Shown piece after piece: positions 48,250 through 52,415 of a stretch of DNA of 52,415 nt. A model generated the notes under the pieces. It was not told the DNA's origin. It saw only the letters and a list, made by a program, of their open reading frames with translations, and ran no database searches. Positions within the stretch are counted from its first letter, which is position 1; the number at the start of each line of letters is the position of its first letter. Both the position numbers and the translations under genes were made by a program. This stretch comes from Octopus bimaculoides. Its lineage: Eukaryota. The stretch spans positions 30,446,592 through 30,499,006 of the forward strand of contig NC_068994.1 in NCBI RefSeq assembly GCF_001194135.2. Reading direction: 5' to 3'.

Positions 48250-50052
48250 TGGGGTGGCGGGTGTCTCCCTCTTTATATTTCTACTTACTTGTTTTTTTCA
48301 AGTATTTTAGTTATATTTGTGGTTTTACCAATAGATATTAAATGTAAGATTGGAAGCGAAATATGATGCTCCCAGGTTTATATCAGAATACAGTTTTAGG
48401 ATTTCTGCAAATTTTACTTTTCCATTTATAAGTTGGCCACTCTGCATCCTAAATCAGTATTCCTCACTGCATGAATTTGTAAGCAGCAAACATAAGAATT
48501 CTTAATGACGAATGAAAGAATTGTTAGCAGCAAACTGATAAGTTGTTTTCAATTTTATATCTTTATTAATCATTCAGTTTATTTTCTTGCTTCCCACTAC
48601 ATTATAATGAGCAAAGAAAAAACAAAGTTGTACCAGCAAAACCTCCAAAAGGAATGGCTTAAGATGCCAGCGTTTACTAAAACACATTGCAGATATTGTA
48701 GATGTAATATGTTGGCAAAATATTCCCTTTTAGTAAACTACTGTGAAGCAAAGAAACATAAGAAACTCCCCGGAAAATGATTCCTCTTACCAATTTTACT
48801 AAAACTAAAAATGATAAGACATTTATGCTTGAAGCAAATTTAGCAATGTTTATGTGTTGCCACTCATCATTTAATAGCTGTGATCACATAATAGAGTTAT
48901 GAAAGAATTGTATGTTTGATAGTGACATTATATCCAAAGTGAAGTTGTATCGTACAAAATGTGCAAGTATCGTGAGAAATGTTCTAGCTCCATATTTTGA
49001 TGGAGATTTGATTTCTGATATAGGAGAGAGAAAATTTAGCCTGTTATTAGATGACTCCAATGATATATCGATAAACAAGTTGTTGGGAATTGTTATCATA
49101 TATTATAGTGACACTCAGAAAAAAGTGGTACATACATTTCTCAGTATGGTATCTTTAGAAACATGTGATGCAGATGGCATTGTAGATGCCTTAAAAATTG
49201 AATTAGTGAAAAAGAAATTAGATATAAAAAATTTACTGGCTATAGGAACCGACAATGCTAGAGTAATGATAGGAGTCAAGAATGGTGTTTTCCAGAAATT
49301 AAAAGGAGTTCCATCATTACTTCTATTTAGATGTGTATGTCATTCTTTACAGTTGGCAGTATCCCATACTTGTGCTGAATGCTTGCTCACAAATTTAGAA
49401 TTTTTAGTATCCGGAACCTATAAATGGTCCTCTCATTCTTCAACAAGACAAAGTGCCTACAAACAACTTTACCTTGCTATCAATGATAAAGAGCCTTTGA
49501 AAATCGTGAATCTTTGTACAACTAGGTGGATGTCAATAGAACCAACGGTAAACAGAATTTTAAGTCAATGGTTTGAATTGCAAACTAACTTCTAAACTAC
49601 AACTACAAAAGAAAAATGCTTCACAGAACAAACGTTACATGAAATGTTTTTTGATTCTAGGAATAACCTTTACCTTTTATTTTTGCATCTAATTTTAAAA
49701 CATGTTCAGGAAGTGAATAAACTGTTTGAATCAAACATTGTCGACAAAACAAAATTACTTGAAAGTTTTTCAAATTTGATCAAATCTGTTGCTAATATGA
49801 TAGTGTTGCCAGCATGTAGAATTGATCCTCTTGATCCAGATGCTTCTATTGGAAAATTCATGGATCCTAAACCAAATTTAGGCTACATTTTCGAGAGAAT
49901 CATAGAAATGATTATCAAGACTGTAATAGCCACCGAAGAAAATAATATTCGCAAAAGAGCATAACAATTTTTACTCTGCTTTTATAAAGAGCTGAAGCAC
50001 CGTTTGCTAGAAATATTAATATACTGAGGAATATCAAGTGTTTTTCAGTAGA
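48250..50052 (+). mobile_element. hAT-superfamily transposase remnant (ATG near 48607), truncated by a gap
   Basis: HCRYC BED-like finger, FSLLLDDSNDIS, IGTDNARVM, CVCHSLQL, TTRW motifs; several stops. Left boundary uncertain. Confidence 0.88.
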
Positions 50053-50239
50053 NNNNNNNNNNNNNNNNNNNNNNNNNNNNNNNNNNNNNNNNNNNNNNNN
50101 NNNNNNNNNNNNNNNNNNNNNNNNNNNNNNNNNNNNNNNNNNNNNNNNNNNNNNNNNNNNNNNNNNNNNNNNNNNNNNNNNNNNNNNNNNNNNNNNNNNN
50201 NNNNNNNNNNNNNNNNNNNNNNNNNNNNNNNNNNNNNNA

Positions 50240-50400
50240 ACAATAAGGCAGAATGCTAAACTGAAAGCATATTTTAATATAGATGGGTGTAAGGATTTCA
50301 AAAGGATTTCAAGCCGGTTTTCATTGCATGGCAAATTTTCAAGATAAGGAGAAAAAAAAAGTTTTTTTTCAAAAAAATAATAAATATATAAAAAAATAAT
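50240..50400. repeat. Inverted copy of 52070-52226, at the 5' junction of the PLE
   Basis: Reverse-complement match with a few substitutions. Confidence 0.9.
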
Positions 50401-51887
50401 GAATATGGTATTGAGGTAATTGAATTCTGACTGGAGAAACACCCAGAAGGATTTCGTAACCGCATTAGTAAGACCTTCATTACGGAATCACTCAAGTTCA
50501 TTCTGACAAACAATTATTTCATGTTTGAAAGTACACAACCGTAAAAAATGTGGTATCGCGATGGGTACCAAAGCTGCACCGGTCTTTGCAAACCTCATAA
50601 TGGGCTTCTTCGAACTATCACTTTATGAGATATCACACCAGCAATTTGGACACCTTTTCCACATCTACTTAATGGAAAACTAGAAAAGATACCTAGATGA
50701 TTGTTTCACCATATGGAAAGAATCTTATGAAAAATCTCTGGAATTCAAACCTACACTTAACAACAAACATCCCATTCAATTCACTATGGAATTCAGAAAA
50801 TATCATCTCCCTTTTCTTGATCTCCTAATTATAAAAACACCTAACAACCAAATCACAATCGACATCTACCACAAACCTACAGACTCAGAACAATAACTCC
50901 TCTTCAGCTCATGCCACCCAAAATACACCAAGATAAATATCCCCTTCAACTTAGCCAAAAGAATTTGCACCGTTGTCTCTGACCCAACTACTCGAGAAAT
51001 ACACCTACAAGACCTAAAAAATACCCACTATTACAGCGCCAATATCCTTCCACACTCATAGACTATGGAATAAAATGTGCCAAGGAACTAGACAATAACA
51101 CACTGAAAACCACCCAACACAGTAACACACCCAACCTCAAAATACTTCCATACATTTCCATCCACAACCCCAAAAACATCGAAGCATACACCACAATCAT
51201 ACAAAACCTCCCCTTACTGACCACAGACCCGAAAATGAATATTATCAATACACAAAATCCTTAAATGCAAAAGGCAACAAAAATCATTAAAAAAACTCTT
51301 AATAAATACCAAACTACACCCACCACATCCACCCCATCAGTTAAAAAATGAGCACGCCCTAACTGAGGTACCTGCCCCTACCTACTTGAAGGCTCTGAAT
51401 TTACTTTCAAACAAGGAACAAAGTTTAAAATCAAGACCAACTTCTCTTGTTCCTCCGAGAACCTCATTTACGTCCTCACATGCGCAGGTTGCCAACACAA
51501 TTATATCGGACAAACGAGCTCTCCTTTACGCAGAAGAGTAGCAGTCCATAAAGAACAGATAAATCTCCCACAATACAGTAAAATTCCACTCTGTGGCCAC
51601 ATGGACTCTTGCGCTAAAAATGAAAATCCCAAATTTCTCATTTTCCCTCTCTATCAATGTAAAGACAGAATCTCTACACAAGAAAGAATCAACAAGGAGA
51701 ATCTTTTCATTGAAGAATTCCAAACACTTCTTAATATGCAAACTACACGGTGACTGTATTCTTTTTTCTAACCTACCTCATTAAATCTAAGAACAGATAT
51801 AAGCATCCTGTTGACAAAGAATCCAGCATTCCAATTAAAGAGTACAAAACCCACAGAATTATCTCCCCTTATCAACAGGAACTTGAT

Positions 51888-51926
<39 letters not shown>

Positions 51927-52050
51927 AACTACTACTACTACCCCATATCCTGCTTGACACATAAATATCCAGCCTTCTTGAGAAAAAAACTCGCCACAGA
52001 AGCACATGCATCCTAACCCAAGGAAAATTAGTGAACTTCAAAAGCTTAAA
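50401..52050 (+). mobile_element. 5'-truncated Neptune-type PLE (RT and GIY-YIG) with (TAC)n in its 3' tail
   Basis: GIAMGTKAAPVFANL, RYLDDCF, LPFLDL, YHKPTD, NIPFNLAKRIC, NLIYVLTCAGCQHNYIGQT..RVAVH; coding ends near 51750. Confidence 0.93.
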
Positions 52051-52132
52051 GACATTATGATGTATTGATATATTTATTTTTTTATATATTTATTATTTTT
52101 TGAAAAAAACTTTTTTTCTCCTTATCTTGAAA

Positions 52133-52365
52133 ATTTGCCATGCAATGAAAGCCGGTTTGAAATCCTTTTGAAATCCTTACACCCATTTATATTAAAATGT
52201 GCTTTCAGTTTAGCATTCAGCCTTATGGGGTTGTGTTAACCGCACGTTGAGAAATGATAGTAAAGGAAAAAATAAGGCTGAATGCTAAACTGAAAGCACA
52301 TTTTAATATAAATGGGTGTAAGGATTTCAAAAGGATTTCAAACCGGCTTTCATTGCATGGCAAAT
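52133..52365. repeat. Perfect 94-bp inverted repeat with 45-bp spacer
   Basis: 52133-52226 is the exact reverse complement of 52272-52365. Confidence 0.92.
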
Positions 52366-52415
52366 ATATATGTGTGTGTAATATATATGTGTGTGCAATA
52401 TATATGTGTGTGTAA

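Noticed and set aside
11378-50442. Long ORFs full of X (11.4-12.3, 17.9-18.7, 21.1-21.7, 40.1-40.6, 43.0-43.5, 47.1-47.8, 49.9-50.4 kb)
   Set aside because: They only span assembly N gaps.
51346-51372. Two TGA codons at expected Cys positions of the PLE linker (KK*ARPN*GTC), suggesting selenocysteine
   Set aside because: The same element has TAG, TAA and TGA at Trp/Tyr positions plus frameshifts, so this is general decay.
40-52041. Poly-Y/L/I/N, CVCV, HTHT and MYVC ORFs
   Set aside because: Translations of microsatellites with no splice or homology support.
52272-52310. Hammerhead-like CTGAATG..GAAA in the inverted repeat
   Set aside because: Core is not CUGANGA and no stem I can be formed.

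Overview
AT-rich eukaryotic draft-assembly DNA with about ten N gaps and many microsatellites. Its SINE repertoire resembles that of cephalopods (Octopus-like); this is an inference from repeat families, not a database match. Most of the window is decayed mobile DNA: two R4/Dong-like RLE retrotransposons, a Ty3/Gypsy pol remnant, an L1/Tx1-like LINE, several Penelope-like elements (PLEs), two Chapaev3-like DNA transposons, Tc1/mariner, pogo/Tigger and hAT remnants, and many tRNA-headed SINEs. Two + strand host genes are predicted from splice sites and phase logic. Gene A ends in a CxCxC / helical / transmembrane exon at 13151-13422. Gene B is a signal-peptide protein with four phase-compatible exons from 31.9 to 48.1 kb. 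Most notable: (i) a PLE whose ORF start carries a hydrophobic leader plus a 2A/StopGo-like VEANPGP motif next to a hammerhead-like fold; (ii) five type I hammerhead-like motifs in PLE terminal repeats; (iii) an RLE retrotransposon nest anchored in (CATA)n; (iv) transposon ends that supply splice acceptors for gene B. Most long ORF-track entries are microsatellite or N-gap artefacts. Boundaries were read by eye; TE edges are approximate unless a TIR or TSD is cited.
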